Made by a program: the position numbers and the translations under genes | Notes under the pieces: generated by a model | The model's database searches: none | What the model was told of the DNA's origin: nothing | What the model saw: the letters and a program-made list of their open reading frames with translations, nothing else | Shown: positions 32,397 to 43,397 of the stretch, piece after piece | How the letters are laid out: the number at the start of each line of letters is the position of its first letter | How positions within the stretch are numbered: the stretch's first letter is position 1 | Assembly: GCA_963726455.1 (NCBI GenBank) | Contig: CAVSCK010000003.1 | Span: 320,001 to 384,000, forward strand | Source: an uncultured bacterium | GTDB taxonomy: Bacteria; Zixibacteria; MSB-5A5; CAIYYT01 | Length of the DNA stretch: 64,000 nt | Direction: 5' to 3'

Positions 32397-33772
32397 TTCT
32401 TCAACGCCTCCAGAATTTTGGGGGCCGTGCGATAGATGTCGCCGGCCCCGATCGTGAACACAACGTCGCCCGGCTGGGCATACTCAGCTACGGCGGCGGG
32501 AATCTTTGTGACGTCTTCGATATAGCGAACATTCTTGTGTCCGAACTGGGCGGCCGCATCCGAAATCATCTGCGCAGTGACTCCGGGAATGGGTTCCTCG
32601 CGGGCAGGATAGATCCTGGCGAGGATAAGCATGTCGGACATCAAGAGTGACTTGGCGAAGTCCTGATAGAAATCGCGGGTGCGACTGAACAGGTGCGGCT
32701 GGAAGACGGCAATCACGCGGCTTTTGAAAGCGACTTTGGCGGCGCGCAAGGTGACGTCAATCTCGGTCGGGTGGTGCGCGTAGTCATCGTACACTTTGAT
32801 GCCGTTATGTTCGCCGATCAGGTCGAAGCGGCGGTTGACGCCTCGGAAACTCTCGACGGCGCGCTTGATAGTTTCAAAGGGCATATCGAATTCGAGCGCG
32901 ACAGAAATCGCCGCGAGCGCGTTCTTGACGTTGAAGATGCCGGGCAACGGCAGGCGAATGTGACCGAGACGATAGTGGTGATAATAGAGATCGAAATCAG
33001 TGGCGGTGCCGTCCGGGACAATGTTGTCAGCGCGAGTCTCGGCCTGAGCTTTCATGCCGAAGGTACGAATCGGGCGTATCAGGTCGGGAATCAAGCTGAC
33101 GACATTGGAATCGTCGAGGTTCAGATGAATCGTGCCGTAGAATGGCACCTTGTTGGCAAACTGAGTGAAGGCGGCGTTGATTTCCGCGAGGTCTTTGTAG
33201 TAGTCGAGGTGGTCTTCCTCGATCGTGGTCAGCACGGCGAGCGACGGCGTGAGACTCAGGAACGAGCGGTCGTATTCATCGGCTTCCGCAATGAGGAGGT
33301 CTCCCTCACCGAGTTTGACGGTGGTCTTGAAGGAGATGACGCGGCCGCCGACCATGACGGTGGGGTCCATACCGGCTTCGACAAAGAGATGTCCGAGAAT
33401 CGAAGTGGTTGTCGTTTTGCCGTGAGTTCCGGCGACGCCGATGCCGAATTTGAGGCGCATCAGTTCGCCCAGCATTTCGGCGCGGCGAATTACCGGAATC
33501 TTACGACGTTTGGCCTCGGTGACTTCGGGGTTGTCAGCATGCACGGCGGACGAAATCACGACGCAGTCGGCGTCATCAATGTTGACGGCGACGTGCCCCT
33601 GCATGACCTTGATGCCGATCTCTTGCAGGTGATCGGTGACTTCGGTCATTGAGAGGTCGCTGCCCGTAATGACATAACCCTGGTTGTGCAGCACTTCGGC
33701 TATGCCGCACATACCGATGCCGCCGATGCCGACGAAATGAAGCTTCTTGACTTTCCCGAATTTCATCTCCAC
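32393..33772 (-). CDS. murC: UDP-N-acetylmuramate--L-alanine ligase
   Basis: HFVGIGGIGM, AGTHGKTTTT, EADEYD, DDYAHHPTEI. Confidence 0.97.
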   Translation of the reverse strand: MEMKFGKVKKLHFVGIGGIGMCGIAEVLHNQGYVITGSDLSMTEVTDHLQEIGIKVMQGHVAVNIDDADCVVISSAVHADNPEVTEAKRRKIPVIRRAEMLGELMRLKFGIGVAGTHGKTTTTSILGHLFVEAGMDPTVMVGGRVISFKTTVKLGEGDLLIAEADEYDRSFLSLTPSLAVLTTIEEDHLDYYKDLAEINAAFTQFANKVPFYGTIHLNLDDSNVVSLIPDLIRPIRTFGMKAQAETRADNIVPDGTATDFDLYYHHYRLGHIRLPLPGIFNVKNALAAISVALEFDMPFETIKRAVESFRGVNRRFDLIGEHNGIKVYDDYAHHPTEIDVTLRAAKVAFKSRVIAVFQPHLFSRTRDFYQDFAKSLLMSDMLILARIYPAREEPIPGVTAQMISDAAAQFGHKNVRYIEDVTKIPAAVAEYAQPGDVVFTIGAGDIYRTAPKILEALKK

Positions 33773-34860
33773 CCCATATATTCAAATATTCTTTGCACAA
33801 TTGCTTCGGCGGCATCACGCCGACCGAGTGACAGACTTGCCATTGACATCGAGGTCAGCCGGGGCTCGTCTTTAAGTAGCAGGGACACCAGACCGGCAAG
33901 GTTGAGTTCTGGAAGCTGGGAATCCTTGACGATCATGGCGGCGCCGTTTTGTTCGAGCGCCTGCGCGTTTTTCGTCTGGTGGTCGTCGGTGGCGTACGGA
34001 AACGGCACCAGGATCGCGGGTTTGCCGGTGGCGGTGATTTCGGCTAGGGTCAAGGCACCGGCGCGCGAAAGCACGAGATCGGCGGCAGCATAAGCGGCAG
34101 GCATGTCGTCAATGAACGGCAGCGCGAAGCCGGCGACACCGGAGGATTTGAAGGCGTCGATGTCGGCGGGATAATTGCCGAGCTGCCAAATGAGTTGCAG
34201 ATTCGGTATGGCTTTCAACTCGCTTAAGGACTGGCGAATCTTGCCGTTGATAGATTTGGCGCCCTGACTGCCACCAAGAATTAGAAGCGTCTTTTTCGCT
34301 GGATCGAGGTGAAAGCGAGCGATGGCATCATCGTGTTCAACGGTTCCCAGTTTCGGATTGACGGGATTGCCGGAGAGGATGCACTTATTGTGAAATTTGA
34401 TATTTCGCAGTGATTCTTTGTAGGCGATGAAGATGAGATCGGCGAAGCGCGCCAATTTCTGGGTGGCGATGCCGGCGTACGAGTTTTGTTCCTGAATGAA
34501 AGCCGGACGATTCGTGAATTTGGCGGCAAACACGGCCGGAAATGAGAGATAGCCGCCGGTACCGACGACAAAGACGGGATCGTAGCTGATGACTTTGGCG
34601 ACGGCTTCCATCATGCCGAAAAACAGAATCGGGAAGAACATGGTGTTGCCAACAAGTGTGCCCCGGCGCAGACCACGGACGTGAATACGGGAGGTGCCGT
34701 AACCGCGAGAGGTAATCAGCTTCATTTCGATATCGCGACCGGTGACGAAGAAACGGATTTCGCAGTCGTTGGGCAGGCGGCGTTTGAATTCTTCCGCCAA
34801 CGCAAATGCCGGAAAGAGATGTCCTCCGGTGCCGCCTCCTGCAAACATGATCTTCTTCAT
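33763..34860 (-). CDS. murG: Lipid II GlcNAc transferase MurG
   Basis: GGGTGGHLFP, GGSQGA, SRAGA, DHQTKNA. Confidence 0.97.
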   Translation of the reverse strand: MKKIMFAGGGTGGHLFPAFALAEEFKRRLPNDCEIRFFVTGRDIEMKLITSRGYGTSRIHVRGLRRGTLVGNTMFFPILFFGMMEAVAKVISYDPVFVVGTGGYLSFPAVFAAKFTNRPAFIQEQNSYAGIATQKLARFADLIFIAYKESLRNIKFHNKCILSGNPVNPKLGTVEHDDAIARFHLDPAKKTLLILGGSQGAKSINGKIRQSLSELKAIPNLQLIWQLGNYPADIDAFKSSGVAGFALPFIDDMPAAYAAADLVLSRAGALTLAEITATGKPAILVPFPYATDDHQTKNAQALEQNGAAMIVKDSQLPELNLAGLVSLLLKDEPRLTSMSMASLSLGRRDAAEAIVQRIFEYMGWR

Positions 34861-35978
34861 TCCGCCCTCGACCTGAATAGCTGTGGTGTAGTGACGGCAT
34901 ACTTGCTGATGTTTAGCAGCATCCCGATGCCAATCGAGGTGAACACCATCGAGGAACCGCCGTAACTGAGGAACGGCAACGGCAGCCCGGTCGCGGGAAT
35001 CAAGGCAGTGGCTACCAGAAGATTAGTCGCAGTCTGGACGAAGATCAGCATCGTGATTCCCAGCGCGAGATAGAAGCCGAGCAGGTCGGGCGAATAGAGG
35101 GCGGTGCGAATGCCGCGCCAGACCAGCAGCGCGATCAGAATCAGAACGATCAGAGCCAATAAGAAGCCGCCTTCCTCAGCAAGCGTGGCGAAAATGAAAT
35201 CGGTGTGAGGCGCTGGAAGATAGAACAGCTTGGCGCTGCCATGACCGAGACCGCGACCGAGAAAACCGCCGGAGCCGATGGCGAGAACGGATTGCTTGAT
35301 CTGATAGCTGGCCAGCATCGGATCGGAGACGGATGCCAGGAAGGTGTCGACACGGGCGCGTTTGTAGCCGATGACAAATACCATAAGAAAGGCCACCGAA
35401 CTAATGCTGGTCAGAAACAGCGCCAGTAACCGGGCACGGACACCGGCGAGGAAGAACAAAACGAACACCACGGCAGCAAGCACGAGCACAGTGCCGAGGT
35501 TGGGTTCGAGCAAGATCAAGAGAAAGCCCACGAAGATCAGCGGACCGGCAGGCAACAGAACTGACTTGAGATTCTTGATCTTTTCTTTCTTCACCGAGAG
35601 CATCACGGAAAGGAAGATGATCAAGACATACTTGAAGATCTCCGACGGCTGGAAACTGACAAAGCCGAGACTGATCCAGCGTTTGGCGCCATTTATCTCC
35701 CGGCCAAAGAGCACCACCACGAGGAGTATCAGAGAAACGACCACCAAAGGCCAAACCAGCGGGATTAGTTTTTGATAATCGAAACGCGAAGCGAAATAGA
35801 GCGCGATGGCGCTGATTGCCAGCCAGAGGAGTTGGCGTTTGAAGAAGAAGGCGTCGCCATTATAACGCGTGTCAGCGAGCATGGCGGAGGCCGAATAGAC
35901 CATGACAGTGCCGACCAGGAGCAACAAGCCAACAATGATGATGAAAGTGCGATCAACGCTTTTGAGATGGCGTATCAT
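34857..35978 (-). CDS. ftsW: SEDS peptidoglycan glycosyltransferase FtsW
   Basis: NGAKRWI, FQPSE, HTDFIF, LPFLSYGGSS. Confidence 0.95.
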   Translation of the reverse strand: MIRHLKSVDRTFIIIVGLLLLVGTVMVYSASAMLADTRYNGDAFFFKRQLLWLAISAIALYFASRFDYQKLIPLVWPLVVVSLILLVVVLFGREINGAKRWISLGFVSFQPSEIFKYVLIIFLSVMLSVKKEKIKNLKSVLLPAGPLIFVGFLLILLEPNLGTVLVLAAVVFVLFFLAGVRARLLALFLTSISSVAFLMVFVIGYKRARVDTFLASVSDPMLASYQIKQSVLAIGSGGFLGRGLGHGSAKLFYLPAPHTDFIFATLAEEGGFLLALIVLILIALLVWRGIRTALYSPDLLGFYLALGITMLIFVQTATNLLVATALIPATGLPLPFLSYGGSSMVFTSIGIGMLLNISKYAVTTPQLFRSRAE

Positions 35979-37357
35979 TGGCTCCCCTCCTTGCGGGCGA
36001 GATCGAGGACGGCCTGTTTGAATTTGTTGCCGCGATCTTCATAGTCGGTGAATTGATCGAAGGAAGCACAGCCGGGAGACAGCATGACAACGTCACCTGG
36101 TGCGGCGTTACGATACGAAGTCTGAATGGCGTCGACAATGTTGGCGGCTCTGACTGTATCAGTGGCGCTGCCCAGAGCGGCTTCGATCTTGTCGGAGGCT
36201 TCGCCGATCAGGACGAGCAATTTGACATGCTGCTTGACGAGCGCTGACAGAGTGGTAAAATCGCCGCCCTTGTCGCGACCTCCCATTATGACGATCAAAG
36301 GGTGCTCTTCCGACTGCAAGGCATAGAAAACGGAATCGACATTGGTGGCCTTGGAGTCGTTGATGAAATTCACACCTTTGATTTGGGCGACCGGTTCCAG
36401 ACGGTGCGCGATAGGACGGAAGGTTTCGAGACCATGAGCGACCGCATCGGCGCGTATTCCGAGGGCCATTACCATAGCGGCAGCGGCAGCGGAATTGGCG
36501 AGATTGTGCGGACCTTTGATGCCCAGCTTACCCGTCGGGCAGATCGTCCTTGATCTTCCTCCCGACGAGTAAACCAGATTTTCTGAATCGGCATAGACGC
36601 CGTTTTCGACTTGCTTCTTGATCGAGAAATGAAGGAGTTGCGGCTTGCCCCAGAAGGAAGCGCGCTCGAGAACGGGATCGTCGGCATTCAACACAAGAAA
36701 GTCGGACTCATCCTGCGAGTCGGCGATCCGGCATTTCATTTTGGCATATTCGTCAAAGCTGCCGTAACGGTCGAGATGATCGGGAGTGATATTCAGGATT
36801 GAGGCGACCTTGGGCTTGAAAGTATCGGTGGCTTCGAGCTGGAAGCTGGAAATTTCGACGACGGCAAAGTCATCCTCGGTCAGGCCCTCGATGTCAGCGG
36901 CAAACGGCGAACCGATATTGCCGGTGGCGACGGCTTTCTTGCCGGCGCTTTTGAGCAGATGCGCCACGAGTGCCGTGGTAGTGGTTTTGCCGTTGGTACC
37001 GGTAACGGCGAGGACGGTCGCTGGGCAGAGCCAGGAAGTGACTTCGACTTCAGAGAAGACGGGCAGATGGCGCAATTCGATTTCTTTCATAAAGGGCGAA
37101 GTCGGTGGCACGCCGGGCGAGACGACGATATAATCAACGTTGTCGAGCGCCTGTGACGTGTGGCCTCCGGTTTCGAAATCGATTCCGGCGATCTCCAGCA
37201 TCTGGGCCTGGGTCGCGACTTTATCGTAGGGCTTCATTTCCGTCACAAAAACCTCGGCGCCGTATTTTTGCAGGAGCACCGCAGCCGCGCTACCGGAGCG
37301 AGCCATGCCGACAATGGTAATTTTCTTTTCATTCACAAGATCCGGCCGAGTCCTCAT
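35975..37357 (-). CDS. murD: UDP-MurNAc-L-Ala--D-glutamate ligase
   Basis: VTGTNGKTTT, EISSFQL, NDSKATN, SPGCASFDQF. Confidence 0.97.
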   Translation of the reverse strand: MRTRPDLVNEKKITIVGMARSGSAAAVLLQKYGAEVFVTEMKPYDKVATQAQMLEIAGIDFETGGHTSQALDNVDYIVVSPGVPPTSPFMKEIELRHLPVFSEVEVTSWLCPATVLAVTGTNGKTTTTALVAHLLKSAGKKAVATGNIGSPFAADIEGLTEDDFAVVEISSFQLEATDTFKPKVASILNITPDHLDRYGSFDEYAKMKCRIADSQDESDFLVLNADDPVLERASFWGKPQLLHFSIKKQVENGVYADSENLVYSSGGRSRTICPTGKLGIKGPHNLANSAAAAAMVMALGIRADAVAHGLETFRPIAHRLEPVAQIKGVNFINDSKATNVDSVFYALQSEEHPLIVIMGGRDKGGDFTTLSALVKQHVKLLVLIGEASDKIEAALGSATDTVRAANIVDAIQTSYRNAAPGDVVMLSPGCASFDQFTDYEDRGNKFKQAVLDLARKEGSQ

Positions 37358-38442
37358 CTGACCTTAAAGGTTGACAGTGCCACCAGCGCCAGAAGAACGC
37401 CGACAATCCAGAACCGAACGACCACCTTCGATTCGTGCCAACCGAGTAATTCAAAGTGATGGTGAAGGGGAGCCATCTTAAATATCCGTGTTCCCCGCAA
37501 TTTGAAAACGGATACTTGCAGTATGACTGATAAAGCTTCAGCTACAAAGACTCCCCCTACTATCACCAATAGCATTTCCTTTTTCAACAACAGCGACAGC
37601 GCACCCAGCGCGCCACCCATTGCCAGCGCACCGGTGTCGCCCATGAAGACCTGCGCCGGATGAGTGTTATACCAGAGAAAACCAAGACCGGCGCCGATCG
37701 CCGCTGAGCAGAAGACGGTTAGCTCTCCGGCGCCGGGTAGGTAAACAATGTCGAGGTAGTTCGTAAAATCGAAGCGACCGGTAATGTAGGCCATGCCGGC
37801 AAAAGCGACCAGGCAGATCATCGACAGTCCGATGGCGAGGCCATCAAGGCCGTCGGTGAGATTAACGGCGTTCGAGAAACCGGCAACGATGATGATGACG
37901 AACGGGATATATAGATAGATCGGAAAATCGAGATAGTAATTCTTGAAGAACGGCAGATCGGTTTTGAGATCGAAAGTCGGCGTCGGCGGATAGTAGTAAA
38001 GAATCAATCCGAGGGCTATGCTGAGAACGATCTGTCCTGCGAGTTTCTTGCGTCCGACGAGGCCTTTCTTCTGGTGCTTGATCGCTTTGAGATAATCATC
38101 CATGAAGCCGATGACACCGAGCCATAGTGTTACCAGCAGGATATAGATCGTGAAGCGATTGCTCAAATCGGCCCAGAGCAAGGTCGGAATGACGATCGCG
38201 GCGAGAATAATCAGGCCTCCCATGGTGGGAGTACCGGCCTTGGATAAATGAGTCTGGGGACCCTCGGCGCGGATTTCTTCCTTCACCTGATGATTCTTCA
38301 GCATGCGAATCAGCATCGGACCGAGAATGAGACTGATAATGAGCGCCGTGATCGTGGCGCCGGCACTACGGAAAGTGATATAGCGGAACAGATTGAAATA
38401 GCTGACGTGATGGCTCAGAGGATAGAGGAGATGGTACAGCAT
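37354..38442 (-). CDS. mraY: Phospho-MurNAc-pentapeptide translocase
   Basis: GTPTMGG, NAVNLTDGLDGLA, FMGDTG, APLHHHFE. Confidence 0.98.
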   Translation of the reverse strand: MLYHLLYPLSHHVSYFNLFRYITFRSAGATITALIISLILGPMLIRMLKNHQVKEEIRAEGPQTHLSKAGTPTMGGLIILAAIVIPTLLWADLSNRFTIYILLVTLWLGVIGFMDDYLKAIKHQKKGLVGRKKLAGQIVLSIALGLILYYYPPTPTFDLKTDLPFFKNYYLDFPIYLYIPFVIIIVAGFSNAVNLTDGLDGLAIGLSMICLVAFAGMAYITGRFDFTNYLDIVYLPGAGELTVFCSAAIGAGLGFLWYNTHPAQVFMGDTGALAMGGALGALSLLLKKEMLLVIVGGVFVAEALSVILQVSVFKLRGTRIFKMAPLHHHFELLGWHESKVVVRFWIVGVLLALVALSTFKVR

Positions 38443-39839
38443 CAGTTTCTCCTCCCGAGCGTGGCCTTGAGGCCGCTGTCAATTTTTTCGAAGGCCATGG
38501 CGCGCGAGGCCTTGAGCAACAACAGGTCGCCGGGCTGCAGCATCTTTGCGAGACGGTCAACGACATCTTCCAGAGATTGCGAGACTTCGATAGTTGCCGG
38601 TTCCAGTCCATCAGCGACGGCGGCCTTGCGCATTACCTCGGCGAATTCACCGACGACGATCGTATGATCGGGGCGGCAATGCGCCAATTTGCGGCCGATC
38701 TGACTGTGATATTCTGCGGCCTTGTCACCCAGTTCGAGCATGTCGCCCAGGACGACGACACGCTTGCCGGTGATCTTCATGGCGGTGACGGTATCAAGAG
38801 CGCCAATGACCGAAACGGGATTGGCGTTGTATGCATCGTTGACAACGGTGACGCCCCGAACATCCTCGACGCCCATGCGGTTATTGTCGGGCACGAAGTT
38901 TTCGATGCGTTCGCGCACCAGCGCATATGGCACATCGAGAACGCGCGCCACGGCGAGCGTTGCGAGAACGTTGGAGACATGATGCATACCCAGGATCGGG
39001 AGCTTGATTTCGTGGCCTTTGTAAATGATGTGGGCGTGTCCGGAACCGTTGGTGAAGACTCTCTCAGGATGGACTTCGTACTCGCGCGAGGTGCCGTAAG
39101 TGATGCGATTCAGGCGATAGCGATAGGAACGCGAGCGGATATTGGGATCGTCCATGTTCAGGACGGCCCAGTCGGTTTCTTTGGCGTGATGCAGTATCTC
39201 GAATTTGGCCTCGGCAATGGCGTCGATGGACTTCATAGTCGCCAGATGCGCGGGACCGATGTTGAGAATGAGGCGAATTTCGGGATCGAATAAATCGACC
39301 AGCCGGATGATTTCGCCCGGCGTGGACATCCCGAATTCCATGACGGCGACTTCGCAGTCGTCGTCGAATTCGAAGATCGACAGTGGGACGCCGAACTGGT
39401 TGTTGAGATTGCCGCGCGTGGCGCAGGTGCGGTAACGGGCGCTGAGCACGGCGGCGATCAAGTTCTTGCTGGTGGTTTTGCCGTTGGTGCCGGTCAGGGC
39501 AATCTTGCGCGGATGAATCTGGTTGAGGTACGCGCGCGCTAACTCCTGCATTGCCCTCAGCGTGTCATCGACGGCGACGAAGGTGACGCCGGCAGGTTTG
39601 TCGAGCCCCGCAAGTTTGGTGCGGTTGACAACGATGGCTTTCGCGCCATGAGCGGCGGCATCGGCGATGAAGCTGTGCCCATCATGTTTTTCACCGGCGA
39701 TACAGAAGAAGATATTATCGCGAGTTACGACGCGGCTATCGATGGAGACCCCACGGAAAGCAGAGTCCGTTGCGGGCGCGCCGACGATGCTGTGGTCGCC
39801 AAAGGCAGCGACATATTTGTTTAGAGTGCCGGCGATCAA
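38442..39839 (-). CDS. murF: UDP-MurNAc-tripeptide--D-Ala-D-Ala ligase
   Basis: GNLNNQFGVP, NDAYNANP, LGDMLELG, LLKASR. Confidence 0.96.
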   Translation of the reverse strand: MIAGTLNKYVAAFGDHSIVGAPATDSAFRGVSIDSRVVTRDNIFFCIAGEKHDGHSFIADAAAHGAKAIVVNRTKLAGLDKPAGVTFVAVDDTLRAMQELARAYLNQIHPRKIALTGTNGKTTSKNLIAAVLSARYRTCATRGNLNNQFGVPLSIFEFDDDCEVAVMEFGMSTPGEIIRLVDLFDPEIRLILNIGPAHLATMKSIDAIAEAKFEILHHAKETDWAVLNMDDPNIRSRSYRYRLNRITYGTSREYEVHPERVFTNGSGHAHIIYKGHEIKLPILGMHHVSNVLATLAVARVLDVPYALVRERIENFVPDNNRMGVEDVRGVTVVNDAYNANPVSVIGALDTVTAMKITGKRVVVLGDMLELGDKAAEYHSQIGRKLAHCRPDHTIVVGEFAEVMRKAAVADGLEPATIEVSQSLEDVVDRLAKMLQPGDLLLLKASRAMAFEKIDSGLKATLGRRN

Positions 39840-41302
39840 CGCATCTTCTCCCTGAGGTAATTCTCGATGATTTCGCGGTCATCGAAATGAATCTTGTGGG
39901 TGCCGAGAATCTGATAGTTCTCGTGGCCTTTGCCGGCGACGACCAGCAGGTCGTTTTCTTTACAGAGCGATAGCGCCAGTTCAATAGCTTTATGACGGTC
40001 GGGCTCGACGATGATCTCTTTGCGAGAATCGAGGCCGGGCTTGATGTCTTCGATGATGGCAAGCGGATCCTCAGTGCGCGGATTGTCGGAAGTAACGACG
40101 ACAACATCCGCAGCAGCGCTGGTCACCTGCCCCATCAGAGGACGCTTGGAGCGATCGCGGTCTCCCCCACAGCCGAACAGTACCAGCAGCCGACCCTTGG
40201 TCAGTTGCCGGCCGGTTTGGAGAATGTTGGTGAGCGCGTCGGGAGTGTGGGCGTAATCAACCAGCACGGTAAACGGTTGGCCGGCATCGACACGCTGGGC
40301 GCGTCCCATCACAAAGGTGCGGTCGCTAAGACCCTTGGCGATCATCCAGGGATCGAGGCCGATGGCGAGCGAACAGGCGGCGGCGCAGAGCGCGTTTTCG
40401 AGATTGAATTTGCCGACGAGTTGATAATTGACATGTTCCGAGCCGAGCGGCGTGACAAGTTTGAAACTGGAACCAGAGGCGGTCATTTCGATGTCTTCGA
40501 GACGAACCTCGGCCTTCGGATCAGAAAGCGAGAAGGTCAGGTAAGATGACTTTACGCGCGGCATCAGGTAGTCGAAGCTCTTGTCATCGCGATTGAGGAC
40601 CGCCCACTTTTCCTCGCCGGTGACCAGGTCGAGGATATGCGCTTTGGCGTCGCGGTAGTGTTCAAAATCCTTATGATAGTCGAAATGATCCTGAGTGATG
40701 TTGCTGATGGCAACGACGCGGAAATCAAGCTCCTCGACTCGCATCATTGAGAGAGCATGGGAGGAGACTTCCATAACGGCGTAGCGGAGTTGCTCGTTGT
40801 TCATGATGGTGAACAGCCGTTCGAGTTCGATCGGCCCCGGCGTTGTATTGAGCGCTTCAAACGAGTGTTTGCCGGTGAAATAGCCGAGGGTGCCGATCAC
40901 GCCAACCGGCTTGCCACGGTTTTCCAGAATTGATTTGAGCAGGAAGGTGATCGTGGTTTTGCCGTTGGTGCCGGTGACGCCGATCAGTCGGAGCTGGCGG
41001 GTCGGAAACGCATAGAAGCGCGCGGCGATTTTGGCGGCGGCGCTGCGGATGTCATTGACTACGATCTTGCAGCGAACGTCCTGGGGGAAATCACTGCCGG
41101 CGACAATGGCAGCGGCGCCCCGGGCGAGAGCGTCGGGGATATACCTGATGCCGTCGTCCTTTTCGCCGGTGATTGCCACAAAGAGATCGCCCTCGGTGAC
41201 AAGGCGGCTGTCGACCTCGATCTTTTTGACTGCAACCGAAGTGTCGCCGGTAATCGCGGCGGCATTGAGAGACTCAATAAGTTCTTTGACCGTAATCATC
41301 AT
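39836..41302 (-). CDS. murE: UDP-MurNAc-L-Ala-D-Glu--DAP ligase
   Basis: GVTGTNGKTT, VDYAHTPD, DNPR (meso-DAP specificity), AGKGHE. Confidence 0.96.
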   Translation of the reverse strand: MMITVKELIESLNAAAITGDTSVAVKKIEVDSRLVTEGDLFVAITGEKDDGIRYIPDALARGAAAIVAGSDFPQDVRCKIVVNDIRSAAAKIAARFYAFPTRQLRLIGVTGTNGKTTITFLLKSILENRGKPVGVIGTLGYFTGKHSFEALNTTPGPIELERLFTIMNNEQLRYAVMEVSSHALSMMRVEELDFRVVAISNITQDHFDYHKDFEHYRDAKAHILDLVTGEEKWAVLNRDDKSFDYLMPRVKSSYLTFSLSDPKAEVRLEDIEMTASGSSFKLVTPLGSEHVNYQLVGKFNLENALCAAACSLAIGLDPWMIAKGLSDRTFVMGRAQRVDAGQPFTVLVDYAHTPDALTNILQTGRQLTKGRLLVLFGCGGDRDRSKRPLMGQVTSAAADVVVVTSDNPRTEDPLAIIEDIKPGLDSRKEIIVEPDRHKAIELALSLCKENDLLVVAGKGHENYQILGTHKIHFDDREIIENYLREKMR

Positions 41303-41311
41303 CCTCTGCGC

Positions 41312-43394
41312 TTAATCCACCCCGCAAATGACTTGTACGCTGCGTGGTCCCGCGACGGCTACGGAATCGGGTACCAACGGAACAATGCTTTTCACAAAAC
41401 CGGACCCCTGAATGGCGAAGTTGTAACCCCATTCCATCAACTTGGGAACGGCTGACCGCAGGGACATGCCGACCAACTCATTGAGCTGGTTGGTGTAGGT
41501 TGTATCCGGGTCGGCGAGATAAAGTATCAGACGATCGCCCGCGAGCAGCGGTGTGCCTGCGGCAGGAATCTGACGCGTGATAATATCGCCGGCATTGATA
41601 AAGGCGATATCGAGCTTAAGAGTATCGAGCAGGTCTTCAACCGTTGACAGCGTGTGTCCCTGCAAGTCGGGAACTCTGATTTTCACCGGCGCCTGCTTGA
41701 CCTGTTTGGCGGCATATTCAGGAGATGTCGGAAGATGCTGCATCGTGGCGATACGCTCGGCGATGTTCTTGAAAATTCTTCCGGCGGTCATGCCGGCATA
41801 ATGCACGGGCTGGGGATCATCGAGCACCACGACACCGACGGCGATCGGATTGTCGGTCGGGAAAATATCCGGCAAATGTAGAGGTATAGCGATTCTGGTA
41901 GTAACCACCGTTTTGCGGGTCGGGTTTCTGGCCGGTGCCGGTTTTGCCGGCGAAATCGACCATATCGGATTTGCTGTATTTGGCGGTGCCGCTGTCGACG
42001 ACTTCTTCCATGAATTCGCGAATGATCGCACAGGTTTTCGGCGAGAGAAAGGTTCTGATCTTGTTCGGTTCGGTTCGCGCGATGACGTTGCCATCCGGCC
42101 CGATCACTTCTTTAACGATATAGGGCTGATAAAGTGTGCCATTTGACGGGATCACACTGAAGGCCGAGGCCAATTGCAGCGCGGTGATGCTGACGCCATG
42201 TCCCATCGCCATCGAGGCAGTAAAGAAATCAGACCAGACCGACGGCTCATGCATGAGGCCGTTGGCCTCGCCGGGAAGATCGATGCCGATTTTTCTGCCG
42301 AAGCCGAAGTACTTGGCATATTTGAAAACATTCTTGGATCCGAGACGAAGGGCGACGCGCGCAATGCCGATGTTCGACGATACCTTGAATATTTCACGGG
42401 TCGACAGGGCGCCGTGCCGGTGGTCATCGTGAATCAGTTTGCCGGAGAAGTTGGCGACACCATTGCCGCAGTCGAAGCGCTGTTCGGGACGCACCGCGCC
42501 ATCTTCGAGTGCGCCGGCGGCACTGACCAATTTGAACACGGAGCCGGGCTCGAAAACGTCGGAGATCGATTCATTCTTCTGTGACGCGCCGCCGGCGGAA
42601 TGAGGATAATAGGCGGCCATCGCCAGGACAGCGCCGTCATTCGGTTTAAGCAGGATGACGATTCCGGATTGCGCTCCGAACGTATCGACGCCATGTTGCA
42701 GTTCCTCTTCGATGATGGATTGCCAGTCGAGGTCGATGGTGAGGGTGACATTGTTGCCGTTGCGCGGAGCGACGACGTCTTTACTGCCAACACGATAGAT
42801 TTTGCCGACGGCATCGCGCTCGACTCTGGATTTGCCGTCGGAACCGATCAGGCGCGGATTGAGGGCATATTCGAGTCCGGAGATGCCGTTGTTATCAACA
42901 TCGACGACGCCGAGCAAATCACGGCCGAGTTCATCATTCGGATAAACGCGCTGCATTTCTTTCTGGTGAAAGAGCCCGGGCAGTTTGGCGGAAGCCAGAA
43001 GTTCGCTTTTGTCGTCGGGTAGCTTACGCGCCAACCAGGTGAAGGCATCGAGTCGCGAGGAGAGGGTTCTGCGAAGCTGATTCGATGGCACGCCGACGAA
43101 GGGGGAAACTTGATCGGCAATTTTGAAGGCATCCTGCTCATTCTGGGGATAGGCGAAAAATGAACGCCGGGCAACATTGGCGGCCAAGGCGCGTCCTTTG
43201 GCGTCATAGATACCACCGCGCTCGGCGGGAACGATGATCTCACCGTTGGTTTGATGGCTGGCGATGCGGTAATAATCGTCGCCGTGCACGAGCTGGATGC
43301 TGACCAGACGTGCGACGAGGGTACACCAGACCGCGCAGAGCAAACCGATCAGGAGATATACTCTGCCACGAGAAATGAAGAACCCCGATGTCAT
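41312..43394 (-). CDS. ftsI: Class B penicillin-binding protein FtsI with PASTA domains (frameshift near 41860)
   Basis: RGGIYD, EPGSVFK (SxxK), SSN and GKTGT; the PASTA-like VPDLQG tail is in a second frame. Confidence 0.93.
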
Positions 43395-43397
43395 TTT

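Noticed and set aside
41817-42094. Programmed frameshift or true split of ftsI (likewise tpl, mprF, gpmI)
   Set aside because: No convincing slippery site or stimulator, and indels are widespread in the window, so sequencing error is simpler.
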